A DNA stretch of 59,592 nt from Octopus bimaculoides (lineage: Eukaryota): contig NC_069001.1 in NCBI RefSeq assembly GCF_001194135.2, forward strand, positions 26,911,813-26,971,404. Reading direction: 5' to 3'. This document shows, one piece after another, positions 26,334-38,714 of this stretch (position 1 is the stretch's first letter; each line of letters begins with the position of its first letter). A program made the position numbers and the translations under genes. Under the pieces are notes generated by a model that saw only the letters and a list, made by a program, of their open reading frames with translations, made no database searches and had not been told where the DNA came from.

Positions 26334-27249
26334 TGTAGATATATATATGAAGAGATCGAGATATAAAGCGATCGTGAATTGCACTTGGGAAATTCAATGT
26401 GAAAATAATGAAAGCAGTAATATTTTAAGTAAATATCCACTAAAATTGGCGCAATACATCAAATACATTTTGATGCAAATATTATGTAAATAGTTTGCTA
26501 AAAATAATATTAATATGTGTGTGTGTGTGCGTGCGTGTGCGTGTGTGTGTGTGTGTTCTACCTCATAATGTGTGTGGGTTTTGATGTATGTACGAGTGTA
26601 TTCTTGCATGTAAATTTTTCTTGCTTGCAAAAATTCATCTCAATTATTTGTCTATCAGTTTTTGCAACGTTCATTAAATTTAAAATCCGAACGTCCATAA
26701 TGTATTATGGATTTGCGTGAAAGACACATTTTATAGCTAATGTTTCCTTGATACTGAAATGATGTTTTATAAATCACCTCTTCTAAATATTCAGACATTG
26801 ATAGAAAACTGTTGTCGTGTGACCGCATCGAACAATACGGTGACATTTTTAATCGTAACTAGAGGCATTTATTTCTTTTTAAATAAAGTCTTCGTTAATA
26901 CGCGAACGCCATACGTATTCAAGATTTTACATCATTCGCATTATCGATTATTAACATGACGCTGCTGTTGAGAACTTTAAAGAACATCAGAGTTAGTGCT
27001 TCAAAAATATATTTGTTTCCTTCTATTACATAATTGTCCAAGCTCTATTCCGAATGGCTATCCTTTTGGGAGAGCACACGTACGAGACATGTACTCATAT
27101 TACCTTCATTGAACTCAACAGCTGTCAGAAAAAGTTTGGGCCTTCTTAATTTACTAAGCATTTTGAGAACATATGTTCTTCTTTAACAGTACGATAATTT
27201 CAACAGATTCATCTACTTTTTCAAACAAATGTGATTTTAGATGAATTCT

Positions 27250-27452
27250 GAAATTGTTTCCCTCTTTTTAAAAGAAATTAGTATGTTTCCACTCATCCTA
27301 AGCATTCGTTTTACGAATAAACTAAACGTGTGAGATGAAAGGGCATAACGAAATGTCAGACCATATTTTATCCGAGGTCTACTCCGCCTGCATAAGTTTG
27401 TGGTTCCATAATGAATATTTTTGAGGAACATTTCTTTACATTGCAAACCCAC
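27250..27452 (-). repeat. Copy 2 of the inverted pair with 23100-23310
   Basis: See copy 1. Confidence 0.9.
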
Positions 27453-28082
27453 AATTGCATTTTTTAGTTTTTCCTTTATTTTAACATTAAAACATTAAAA
27501 TAAATGTGAAGGTTTTGTCAAGTCATATTTGATTCTTCTCAAATAATTATAAACATTGTTCTTCTTCGGCAATATTGGTATACCATTGAAAACATGGCAA
27601 AAGGCGCAGAAATAGTTTTGCATCATGAAGTTCGATTCATAACCATATGGATCTCGTTTGTGAGTAATTGAGTGTTAAGTATTTGAATCATCAATTGATG
27701 ATGTACATCGTTTAAGAGTAAAAATAGGGATACATATTCCTTTATAATATTCATGTTCCACTATAGCACGAAAATATTGTTCAGCATTGTCTGGCGCGCT
27801 ATCCTGCCGGCTCGCCGTAACCATGACATTTATGATATCGGTTTCAAATTTCGGCAAAGGGACAGCAAAGATTCTGCCTGCTCGCCAACCTTATAACATT
27901 TATAACATTAAAATTTAAGATATAACAATGGACAAGCACCACTTGTAATATTAACGCTGAGACAAATATCTCAAAGAGATTTTTGAAATGAAAAAAATAC
28001 CGTATTTGTAACGAAGAAGACTGACTCTGAGAACTCTCTCTCTCTCTCTAATCCAAAATATGATAATATTATAGCTAGTACC

Positions 28083-28314
28083 TATTTCGTTATTGCCCAC
28101 AAGGGGCTAAACATAGTGGGGACAAACAAGGACAGACGAACGGATTAAGTCGATTACATCGACCCCAGTGCGTAACTGGTACTTAATTTATCGACCCCGA
28201 AAGGATGAAAGGCAAAGTCGACCTCGGCGGAATTTGAACTCAGAACGTAACGGCAGACGAAATACCGCTAAGCATTTCGCCCGGCGTGCTAACGATTCTC
28301 CCAGCTCGTCGCCT
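28083..28314 (-). mobile_element. Young SINE family A subtype A2, perfect 19-bp TSD
   Basis: Full head/B-box/core plus the tail tccgttcgtctgtccttgtttgtcccc..gccccttgtgggcaataa; TSD taatattatagctagtacc at 28064-28082 and 28315-28333. Confidence 0.93.
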
Positions 28315-28460
28315 TAATATTATAGCTAGTACCGTTTCGGATTTGTATGCATATTATAGATGTTGCATACACCGGTGTTTTTTTTTAATATAATGCTGTT
28401 TCCTGTGCGTATATTGATTTTAAAATAATATTCGGATGTGTGAAAATTATGTTTCAAATA

Positions 28461-28663
28461 AGGAGTCGAGCTGACAGAATAATTGCAAGCCGAGTAATAT
28501 GCTTAGCGACCTTGCGTTCTGAGTCAAATTTTGTTGTGGTCGACTTTGCCTTTCATCCTGTCGAGTTCAATAAAATAAGTACCAGTTGAACACTGCAGTC
28601 AATGTAATCAATTTGCTCCATCCCCCGAATCTACTGGCCTTGTGCCAAAAATTTGAAATCAAT
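28461..28663 (+). mobile_element. SINE family A (A1), diverged
   Basis: gagctgacagaa..ttctgagtcaaatt..ggtcgactttgcctttcatcc..ggccttgtgccaaaaatttgaaatcaat. Confidence 0.85.
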
Positions 28664-29289
28664 ATTGACTGAAATATATGAACTGAAAGAATTAGTAATG
28701 CATGTGAATGAGAAAGGTTTATGCAACGGGTCGATTCCGGATTGCTTGATCCTCACAACTCGATACACGTCAAACACACAACATCCGTTTTATTTGAAAT
28801 TATGTGTTCTTTTTTTTTTTCTATTCTAGTGTAGAGAAAAATGAATGTCCATGTCAAATGTTATCCATTCATCCTACAGTAATGAGAGGGAAGTTCAAAC
28901 GTTCTAAATTATTTTATTGGAAAAGAAACCGAGGAAGACAAAATCGTTTCTAAAACAAATCTGCATGTGAAGTCAAGTTCTTCCCCGGAACTACATTACA
29001 AACGCCTATTTAGCGCAAACTACAAGTGGAAAAATTGAACAAGAATAACAATATATACCTAGAGCAGCAGCGCAAAACCTAACATCAACTACATGGAAAA
29101 ACAGCAACACCATTAAGAATGATAATAAAATAATAAATATGATGATGATAATAATGATAATAATAATAAAATTTAATCTGTTGTGTATCTATAAAATAAT
29201 TATAAAAATGATTATGATAATCACGATAGTCATGTTGAATATGATGATGATAGTAATAACAGTCAGCAATGCACAAAGAATATTCAACA

Positions 29290-29610
29290 AACCTGAGGCT
29301 TTGACGAGTCGAAAAAGTGGTATGGAATCGAGCCAGAGGCTAATATTATGAATAATAATTCTGGGATTTTATAGGATTTCTTCTTAGAAACTGATCATAC
29401 TATTCAGACCGGATCTAATCATGAAGTGCTGGAGACAAAATTTGTGAAAAATCATTGATTCGCGATCCCGCGTGATAATAACGTGTACAGGAAAATAAAA
29501 ACTTAGAAAATTGAGAAATATCAGCGCTTAGCAAGAGGACTGAAGGAACACACTGGTGAAAATTGTTCCTGTGTCATTGAAGTTCTTGGCATAATATCCA
29601 ATCTGTTAGC
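29290..29610 (+). pseudogene. Decayed non-LTR retrotransposon C-terminal REL endonuclease fragment, R4/Dong-like
   Basis: Frameshifted translation KWYGIEPE..FWDF..ETDHTIQ..PDLIM..KIID(F)AIPRDNNV..KIEKYQRLAR..VKIVPV..LGII matches the KWYEH.PE / LWDF.IQTD / RPD / IID.AIP.D / EK..KY..L / V.IVP.V.G.LG pattern of R4-clade elements. Confidence 0.75.
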
Positions 29611-29799
29611 CTAAACGCCCGAACAGAGAAACAATGTTGAGCAGTAGAAAAGGGTCTCGACCTAATCTGTCAGAATCTTAACGATTCTTCAATTTTTTTA
29701 CGATTTATTTCTACCAAACTCAGGATTACTTTCCATTGTTTAACAACATACTCCAAAATAACAGTAAGAACGACAACAACAGCAACAAGTATAAAAGTA

Positions 29800-30425
29800 A
29801 TAATGGTTTCAATTTTTTCCGCAAGGGCGGAAGATGTGATGGAGAGGATGAGTTGATTACATCGACCCCAGTGTTCAACTGGTACTTATTTTATCGACCC
29901 CGAAAGGATGAAACGCAAACTCGACCTCGACGGATTTTGGATTCTGAACGTAAAGACGGACGAAATGCTGCTAAGCATTTTAACCGGCATACTAACGATT
30001 CTGCCAGCTCGCCGCCTTATACAATAGTAATGATAATAATGGGGAATAGCACATGGCAGCGGCCACAGTGTTCAACTGGTGCTAAATCTCATTGAATCCG
30101 AAAGGATGAAATGCAAAGTCGATCTCGACAGAATTTGAGCTCAGACCGGAGACAGCAAATAGAAATGCCACCATGCATTTTGTCCGACGCTCTAAAGATT
30201 TTGCCAGTTCAGTTCACCAACCTGAAAGTAATAACAATAATAATAAATAATAATGATAATAATAATAATTTCTTTTTTTAATTTGGTACAAGGTCAGCAA
30301 TTTCAGGGGAGGCGATCAGTCGATTATATTGACCCAGGCGGAATTTGTACTCGGAACATAAAGAGGGACTAGATCTCACAGAGCACTTTGTCCGGCGTGC
30401 TAACGATTCTGCCAACTCCCCGCCA
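29800..30425 (-). mobile_element. Three head-to-tail SINE family A copies (29800-30018, 30045-30218, 30270-30425)
   Basis: Each ends (head side) in gattctgccag/gattttgccag; separated by (TAA)n-rich linkers; the third copy has an internal deletion. Confidence 0.85.
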
Positions 30426-31021
30426 TCATAGTAGTAGTAGTAGTAGTAGTAGTGATGGTAGCGGTAAGAGGAGGAGGAGGTAGCAGCAGCAGTAGCAGTA
30501 GCAGCAGTAAACTTAATATACCCTAGATGCACACAGCTGCAATTGGAGTGCAGTGAGCTCACATAACGAAACTATACTAAAACGGATAAAACAATTGAAT
30601 ACATATATAAGTCATCAACTATTTAAAATTTGTCTTTAACACCACTAAACCACTCCAATATGTCGCACATACGATAGATTAATACAAAATCCCTTTCAGG
30701 GAATTATCCTCTCAAGTATTCGTGCGTGTGTTTCTCCCAGTATTATAAATCATTACATGTCTTGATTCATTTTTTCCTTTTTTTATTTCCGCCTTCAATA
30801 GTCTCTTGAAGGAGATGTTGAAGTTTACAAGTGTTCAGAAAATTATTATTTATAGATTCTGGGAGAATCACTCTCCTACGACTATCTACATTCTTTTTAA
30901 ATGTTTAAAGCTCAATACTTGAAACAAGTAAATTCCAGTAAATGTTTCTGAAATTTCTCTGGAGAGTAAATCGATCAACACGTACATATACAGCCACCAC
31001 TCGCACATCCAATTACAAGAC

Positions 31022-31057
<36 letters not shown>

Positions 31058-33375
31058 NNNNNNNNNNNNNNNNNNNNNNNNNNNNNNNNNNNNNNNNNNN
31101 NNNNNNNNNNNNNNNNNNNNNNNNNNNNNNNNNNNNNNNNNNNNNNNNNNNNNNNNNNNNNNNNNNNNNNNNNNNNNNNNNNNNNNNNNNNNNNNNNNNN
31201 NNNNNNNNNNNNNNNNNNNNNNNNNNNNNNNNNNNNNNNNNNNNNNNNNNNNNNNNNNNNNNNNNNNNNNNNNNNNNNNNNNNNNNNNNNNNNNNNNNNN
31301 NNNNNNNNNNNNNNNNNNNNNNNNNNNNNNNNNNNNNNNNNNNNNNNNNNNNNNNNNNNNNNNNNNNNNNNNNNNNNNNNNNNNNNNNNNNNNNNNNNNN
31401 NNNNNNNNNNNNNNNNNNNNNNNNNNNNNNNNNNNNNNNNNNNNNNNNNNNNNNNNNNNNNNNNNNNNNNNNNNNNNNNNNNNNNNNNNNNNNNNNNNNN
31501 NNNNNNNNNNNNNNNNNNNNNNNNNNNNNNNNNNNNNNNNNNNNNNNNNNNNNNNNNNNNNNNNNNNNNNNNNNNNNNNNNNNNNNNNNNNNNNNNNNNN
31601 NNNNNNNNNNNNNNNNNNNNNNNNNNNNNNNNNNNNNNNNNNNNNNNNNNNNNNNNNNNNNNNNNNNNNNNNNNNNNNNNNNNNNNNNNNNNNNNNNNNN
31701 NNNNNNNNNNNNNNNNNNNNNNNNNNNNNNNNNNNNNNNNNNNNNNNNNNNNNNNNNNNNNNNNNNNNNNNNNNNNNNNNNNNNNNNNNNNNNNNNNNNN
31801 NNNNNNNNNNNNNNNNNNNNNNNNNNNNNNNNNNNNNNNNNNNNNNNNNNNNNNNNNNNNNNNNNNNNNNNGAAATATAAATTGTACATGATAGAATTTC
31901 GAAACAATAATACAATGAGATACGAAAAATAGCATTGGTAGATTTACACACGTAAGAATGTTAAAGGTGAAAATTATTGCAAATGAGTTGAAAATGTCAT
32001 TCTCTGAATGAATAGATAAAATATAAAAAAATATAATTGTGCAACGCGGAAGCCGGCATACGCGCACATGTAGACATAAACAACTGGAAACTTTGAAATT
32101 TCTATGAATGTAGTTCCGACGTAACTGTAAATGCAATAAGGCAGAACATGAATGAAATTGCAGCAAAAACTATATGGTTGACCACACTCCATGATATAAA
32201 TATTATAAAGACTGCTGTACGTGCAACCCCTAGATAACAGCTTTGGAATATATATTCCGTTTATAAAGGTTTTGTGCACGGATTCCCTGCAATGACCAGA
32301 GGTTTTTTTGTTTTTTTTTATTCTCTGGATTCTTAAGTGACTGTGTGTGACAATAATATATTTTTTTGAAGTGACTGGAAATCGTACCAACGCAAGTTTA
32401 AGATTTATTATGAGTGGTACAATATATCAAAACACTATATCTTTTTCGAAACAGTTAGAGACCTTTTGAAAGTAAAAGTGCGCTTACATGGAGTAATGTG
32501 TATTGTACTTTGTATTAAGATTATAGGTGTTTAAATATGGTAAATTGCATCTCAATTTCCAGTGTGGATTTTAATAGCATTCATTATTGAATTTCAACAG
32601 TACATTTTTAAAGATTTATATAGCATGGATAGTGACTGATATATAGAAAAGGATATGTTCCAAGTAATTTTAGGTGCTCGACTGTGAAATAGTACACTCA
32701 AAAATATATTCTGAATGGCCATTTTGGTAACAGGATGCATAGAAGAGAACGTGCTAATAGGTGAAAATTGGCAAAACTTAAGTGAGAAGAATGGAATGAG
32801 ATCATGAATCATATACCTAGGATGGCTGGTATGTCTATGACTGTAATTAAGAGTTGAGTAATATTTGTGGGAGAGGTAATGTTGACTGACACTAGTTTAT
32901 TCAAGTAACACTAATATATACAACGTTGTTTGTTTTATATTGCGTTGGATGTATAAGCTCACAATTTCACTGATTTTACTGGAGACATGAGCACTAATTG
33001 TAACATTTAAGATATAGGATTACTTATTTATCCATTAATCATATACTTTAATTAATTATTAGTGGTATTGATAGTAAACGCAGAGTAATTGATTGCCTAA
33101 GTGTAGGATGAATGTTGCAAGTAAACCTAAATCATAATAGAGAAAACTGATTCTCTTGTGTCTAGTAAGCACTCAATAAATATGTTCAGTCTTTGTATTG
33201 AATAAGTTCTACTTCATTTTGGCTACTTCTGATTTCACCGAAACAGTTTTAATGTGTCTTTATTTATATGTGTGGAAGTGTACATATATATATATATGTA
33301 TATAAGTACACTTCAATACTAATCTATATACACTGATGGAATACTTTGCAGTATTTTTATATGTATATTTTTATA

Positions 33376-33425
<50 letters not shown>

Positions 33426-34857
33426 CATACATACATAGATGCGTGCACAGATGCACACATACGTACACAAATGGGCATATGCTCTGGTGTGCTTATCTAC
33501 GCATGATTTGTATGTATAAATATACATCGCCGATTATGCAGATGGTGCGTAAGAATTAATGTGTTATCGCAGGCATATAGTATAACTGAAGGCTAGGTTC
33601 TCATTGTGAAGTGGTATTTTTAAGTATATGTGTCCTAAAAAAAAAATAGAAGTAATAAACAATACCAACTATATGTCTCACTACAATATATTCGTTTTCT
33701 CTGTCTATTTGCTTAAGTTGTAAGAAGTAGTAGTACAATTACTATATGAGAGCCAGTCCGCCCATTTTTATCTGTTTTCGATAAAATTACGTCAGATTGA
33801 TCATGAATATTTTAGAGACGATAAAAGCTGCAAGCATTATCGACCAATCATTGTAAAGTAGGCTGACATTATTATATGTCCGAGAATTATGAACTTCACC
33901 TCCAAGAATATATATCATGTCGTCTTTCATTCAGATTTCATTTTATCAATATTATCTAGATTTCATGAGAGGATATTAGAGGAAGCCGTAATGCCATAGG
34001 GAGATGGTGATCCGGTTTCGATCAACATGTGACAAATTTTCACCTTAATTTCATCGGAAAATTTATGAATTTGGAAGAGTGTGACCTAGGGTCACCCCCA
34101 TTTATGTCTACTTGTCTCATTCGTCTCAACTTCCCCCTCTCAACTATATTGCCGTCAACATCTCTCTCCCTCTCTCTCTTTCTCTCTCTCTCTCTTTCTC
34201 TCTCTCTTGAATATCTTCACTTATTTCTTGCTACTATAGATTCAAACCAGTATATCATTCTTGTGTAATTGCATCTCTGCCCCTTTCTCACATACGGCTG
34301 TCAACTAGCAATTACTTAAGAATACATAGCATTTTATCTGACTGGACACATATGTCGAACACTTATACTACCAATTCCCCCTTTTCTTCTGAAAAAAAAA
34401 ACACACACATATCATTATACAGTATAAATAATATATAATCAAAAATTCCTCTCAGTAAATTGTTTTATTTCTGTATGCGTGGCGGGGTGTTCCACTGCAA
34501 ACATTTTTGATGTCAACGTGTCTGATATTCATCGTAACGTACTGCTTGACTTTGGTTAATATAATCAATAGGTTAAAAAGTTAAAGAATAAATGAGATAT
34601 CCTCTGACATTCATCGTGCTGCTTTATTCTCGTTTGAAAAACTTGAAACTATTGTGAATTTCGAAACAATGATTATATCATTTTTCTTCATTTTTTTTCT
34701 TTATTTTTTTTTCTCCATTTCATTTTTTTTTTCTCTGTTACATTTCTTTGAAACAGACTAAAGATTATGACGTTTCCTTTGCAATTATACCGTCTACACG
34801 TATCTGACTACACGAAATCAAGTGGCTTCTGTTACATCCAACACTCGACAAAGTGGA

Positions 34858-35096
34858 GGTGCGTAGCTTAGTGGTTAGGATGTTAGACTCATGATCGTAA
34901 CAATGCTGTTTCGATTCCTGGATCAGGTGACGGGCTGTTTTCTTGAGCAAAACACTTCATTTCACGTTGCTCTCGTCTACTTAGCTGGCAAAAATAAGTG
35001 ATCCTGAGATGTACCAGCGTCCCGTCCAGATAGAGAATTTATACACCATGGAAACTGGGAACCTAACCATTTTGAGTCGACATGCCTCGAGAAGGC
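34858..35096 (+). mobile_element. tRNA-derived SINE family D (CORE-like centre, type-2 tail)
   Basis: Head ggtgcgtagcttagtggttagg..tttcgattcctgg; centre ttcttgagcaaaacacttcatttcacgttgctc; tail gcgtcccgtccag..gaaactgggaacc..ctcgagaagg, shared with 3040-3346. Confidence 0.75.
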
Positions 35097-35346
35097 GTTT
35101 TAACCATTACTTTAACACTCGACCAAAAACTGCAGCAAATCCTGTGGTTTAGTTTCTACAGCCAATCTTCCGTATGCTAAGAGATTGTACAAATGGGGAT
35201 CATTAGTGTTCTTCTTCTCCTGATTAATTAAAACTATTTATGTCGGAGTATATAATTACTTTGTAGACAGCTTGAAGAATTACCAAGTGTCAGGCAACCA
35301 TGTATCAAGTAATTAGAAGCAAACTTTGGGCACCTAAAGATATCAA

Positions 35347-35765
35347 TTGTCTGTGTGGTATGAAGCTTGCTTCCCAACCACATGCTTTCTGGTTCAGTCA
35401 CACTACGTGGCACCTTGGGCAAGCGTTTTCTTCTATGGCCTCGCGCCGACTTAAAGCCTTGCGAGTGGATTTAATAGACGGAAACTAAAAGAAGCATATA
35501 GTATGTGCGAGTGTGTGTCTGAGATTCTGTGTGTGTTTGTGTGTGTATTGATGTATGTTTTTTGTCCCTCACCACTGCTTGGCAATCTGTGTGGGTGTTT
35601 TTACGTTCCCGTAACTTAGCGGTCGTTGAAAAGATCCGATAGAATAACTATCAGGTTTAAAATCAACATAAGGACTAGGAGTCTATCCGTTCGAATAAAA
35701 TTATTCAGAACGGTGCTCCAGTGTGGCCACAAATCAAATGATTGCAACAAGTAAAAGATAAAAGG
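35347..35765 (+). mobile_element. SINE family B, full length
   Basis: ctgtgtggtatgaagcttgcttcccaaccacatg..gtggcaccttgggcaag..gcaacaagtaaaagat. Confidence 0.88.
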
Positions 35766-35967
35766 CAAAAGACATATAACAGGTACATATGAATGTAGGT
35801 GTTGCATATTTAATTAGTCTAAGGAAGATATTTAATCATGTAGATTGCACAACGTGGTATGTTAGACCTAGGACGTTTTATTTTGTATATATATGGAATT
35901 AAACAAGTGGCAATCTCGACATCAACTATATCACAAGAATATATTGTGTAGTATTTATTACATAGTA

Positions 35968-36004
35968 TCAAGAAGTTTCGAGGATTCTTCGTCTCATCAG
36001 CCGC
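35968..36004 (-). ncRNA. Degenerate minimal hammerhead-like motif
   Basis: CTGATGA GACGA AGAA TCCTC GAAAC TTC; helix II has one C-C mismatch, the cleavage triplet lacks G16.2 and helix I is weak. Confidence 0.35.
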
Positions 36005-36422
36005 AGTTAAGCTTAAAATATTTAATCACATGCCCACACAGTAAATAACTTTTCATAGTACAATTGATTCGAATATCAATCGATTCGATATTAATTATTA
36101 CAACACCATAATTAATCGATGTTATAATTTTATCTAAACTATGAGGCATGATGGACTTTTAATATACATAGCAGGATTAATATATGAAATATTTACGGAA
36201 AGATGCGTCAAAGTAAATAAAAAGGTTGAGATAATTACTTGGGTACAAATCTCAGAATGTATATAGATACATAGATATGTGGTATTTGCATTCAATATAT
36301 GTATATATGTGTGTGTATGCTTATACGCATATATGATTGCACACGGACTTATATAATGATAGATACATATATACAACTATGTATATATATGTATGTCTGT
36401 GTGTGTATATATATATATATAG

Positions 36423-36578
36423 AGGCGAGCTGGCAGAAAAGTTAGCACGCTGGGCGAAATGCTTAGCCGTTTTGAGTTCAAATTCTGCCGAGGTCAACTT
36501 TGCCTTTCATCCTTTCGGAGTTGATATATTCGACTGGTCCCCTCGCCTAAAATTTCGGGCATTGTGCCTAGAGCAAAA
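36423..36578 (+). mobile_element. SINE family A (A1) with internal deletions
   Basis: ggcgagctggcagaaaagttagcacgctgggcgaaatgc..gagttcaaattctgccgagg..gtgcctagagcaaaag. Confidence 0.85.
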
Positions 36579-36579
36579 G

Positions 36580-36635
<56 letters not shown>

Positions 36636-37414
36636 TGTTTTAACGCACGTGCATGTGTGTTAGTGTGCGTATGCATTCATACATGCATAATACGTATGTA
36701 CATACGTGTTCAAATTCGTGCATACATACATACATTCATGATGTTAGGGTGTATTTTTTGCGTGAGAATATCATTTAATTGTTTAAATAATAGGAAAGAA
36801 AACTGGATGCTAAACTCATTAACGACTTCCTGTGACGTTTGTTGTAACCTAGATATGAGAATTACTGCACTGAGAGCGGGAGTCGTTGACGGAGAGACAG
36901 AGAACGAAGCAGAGCAATCATTACGAATGAGAGAAAGTCAGCTCAAGATTTTTGAAAGAGAAAAACATAAGAAAGTACACGTGTACAGGCAAGGACAGAC
37001 AATTTGGTAGAGAAGGAGAGAATACGTTGTATTTTGTGCAATTGTGCGTATATGTCTGTGAGCGTATGTACATATGTCGTTGTCTGTCATTCCGCGAAGA
37101 AATGAAATGAAGAGATCAAGATACTAAATATATGAGACGTAGATAATTGGAAAATTTCTAATCGAACAGAAATCACGAATGTTGCAGAAGAGACTGAAGT
37201 TGAGTGATGCAGAAATAGAGAGTAGACGACGACTGCGATGAGGATACATGGGAAAGGAGGTCGGCAGTGTGATGTATCAGTCATATGTTGGAGTTGATTT
37301 CTAACCTCATAAATGATTATAGATGGGAGAATATACAAATAATAACAACAGACGAGGACAGGTGGTGTAAATAACAAAAGTATATATTAGTATGACGCTC
37401 GGGAATACGGAAAG

Positions 37415-37451
37415 TCTTTGACGTTTCGAGCTACGCTCTTCAGCAGAAAGA
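37415..37451 (-). ncRNA. Minimal type I hammerhead motif, Penelope-like (A6C core)
   Basis: TCTTT CTGCTGA A GAGC GTA GCTC GAAAC GTC AAAGA: 5-bp helix I, 4-bp helix II, palindromic ACGT helix III, GUC site. Confidence 0.65.
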
Positions 37452-37479
37452 ATACGGAGACAAGGAGAAAAACACCGCT

Positions 37480-37768
37480 ATGTACTTGTATCGACCAGGT
37501 TATCGGATGTTGTTTTACATTTCTGGTCACAATGCGTTTCCTTATATTGTTTTAGTTTTCGAATGATGCCACCCCACTGGCGAGGTGGGTAAGCCAACAT
37601 CCCCCTTGAACCGAACGTTGCTCCGTCGCACGGTTAACAATTTCCAACTGGGTGGACTGCGACAACCTGAAACGGATTGCATTGCTCAAGAACACTGCTC
37701 ATCACAGGTTCGAAATTGGAACCACGAACCTGTCATGGTGAGAGCAACACCCTAACCACCCGGCCGTG
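37480..37768 (-). mobile_element. tRNA-derived SINE family E (CORE-like centre, distinct tail)
   Basis: Reverse complement ggccgggtggttagggtgttgctct..ggttccaatttcg..gtgttcttgagcaa..cagtccacccag..cccacctcgccagtggggtggcatcattcg..aacatccgataacctggtcg. Confidence 0.75.
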
Positions 37769-38535
37769 TATTGTAGATACCAATGGGATAAAACAGAATT
37801 CAGAAGAATCCGTTTCGCAAGATAGTTGACGTGAAATCATGAATACAAATGCATAAGTTTGTACTTTGATGAGGATACGGGTGGGGGCATGTCGATAATT
37901 ATATCGCATGCACTAATTTAATTTCATTTAAGATTTAATATCAACTAATTACAGAATTAATAAATAAGCTATGATGAGATAAATTTATTTATTTATTTAT
38001 TTATTTATTGAATAATTATCTAATAAATTGGTGATAATAAAAGCGTGGTGAAATGTAAGGAAAGTAATTGTCTGAAGGAGCAGCTGGAATCTATGGATAT
38101 AAAACGGGAGAATGCGACGAATGGGGCGGGGGCGGAAGGAGGTGGAATGATTAGAAGAAGGATAATCTGTAGATGGCGGAGATAGAGGAACAGGAGTAGG
38201 AGGAGAAGGGGGAGAAGAAGAACAAAAAGAACATCAACAAGAACAACAACAACAACAGCAAAAGAAGAAGAATGATCATGAATGAGAAATGCTAAGAGAA
38301 ATGAAAAGAAAGAATGTGACAGTTTGTGACTGAAATATTTAAGCCTAATAGAGAAAACAAAGGAAATAAGAAAAGAAACGCTACTTAATAAACTAATAAC
38401 GAGGCATAGTGGCATTCTTGTTGGATACCTTGCTGTTGTTTGTGTTTGTTGCTGTTGTTCTTTCACTCGGGATCTGCTCAAGTGAAATACATCTGATCTT
38501 ATAAATGTTATGCCCATTGAAATATATTCTTTTCT

Positions 38536-38714
38536 TATTTCTTTATTGCCCACAAGGGGCTAAACATAGAGGGGACAAACAAGGACAGACAAAGGGGTTA
38601 AGTCGATTACAACGACCCCCAGTGCGTAACTGGTACTTATTTAATCGACCCCGAAAGGATGAAAGGCAAAGTCGACCTCGGCGGAATTTGAACTCAAAAC
38701 GTAAAGGCAAACGA
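38536..38714 (-). mobile_element. SINE family A subtype A2, 5'-truncated
   Basis: Near-identical to 28083-28314 over the core and tail. Confidence 0.9.

Noticed and set aside
30886-32166. Long ORFs spanning N runs (also around 46.6-47.9, 48.5-49.5, 50.3-51.1 and 52.5-53.7 kb)
   Set aside because: Their length comes from untranslatable gaps.
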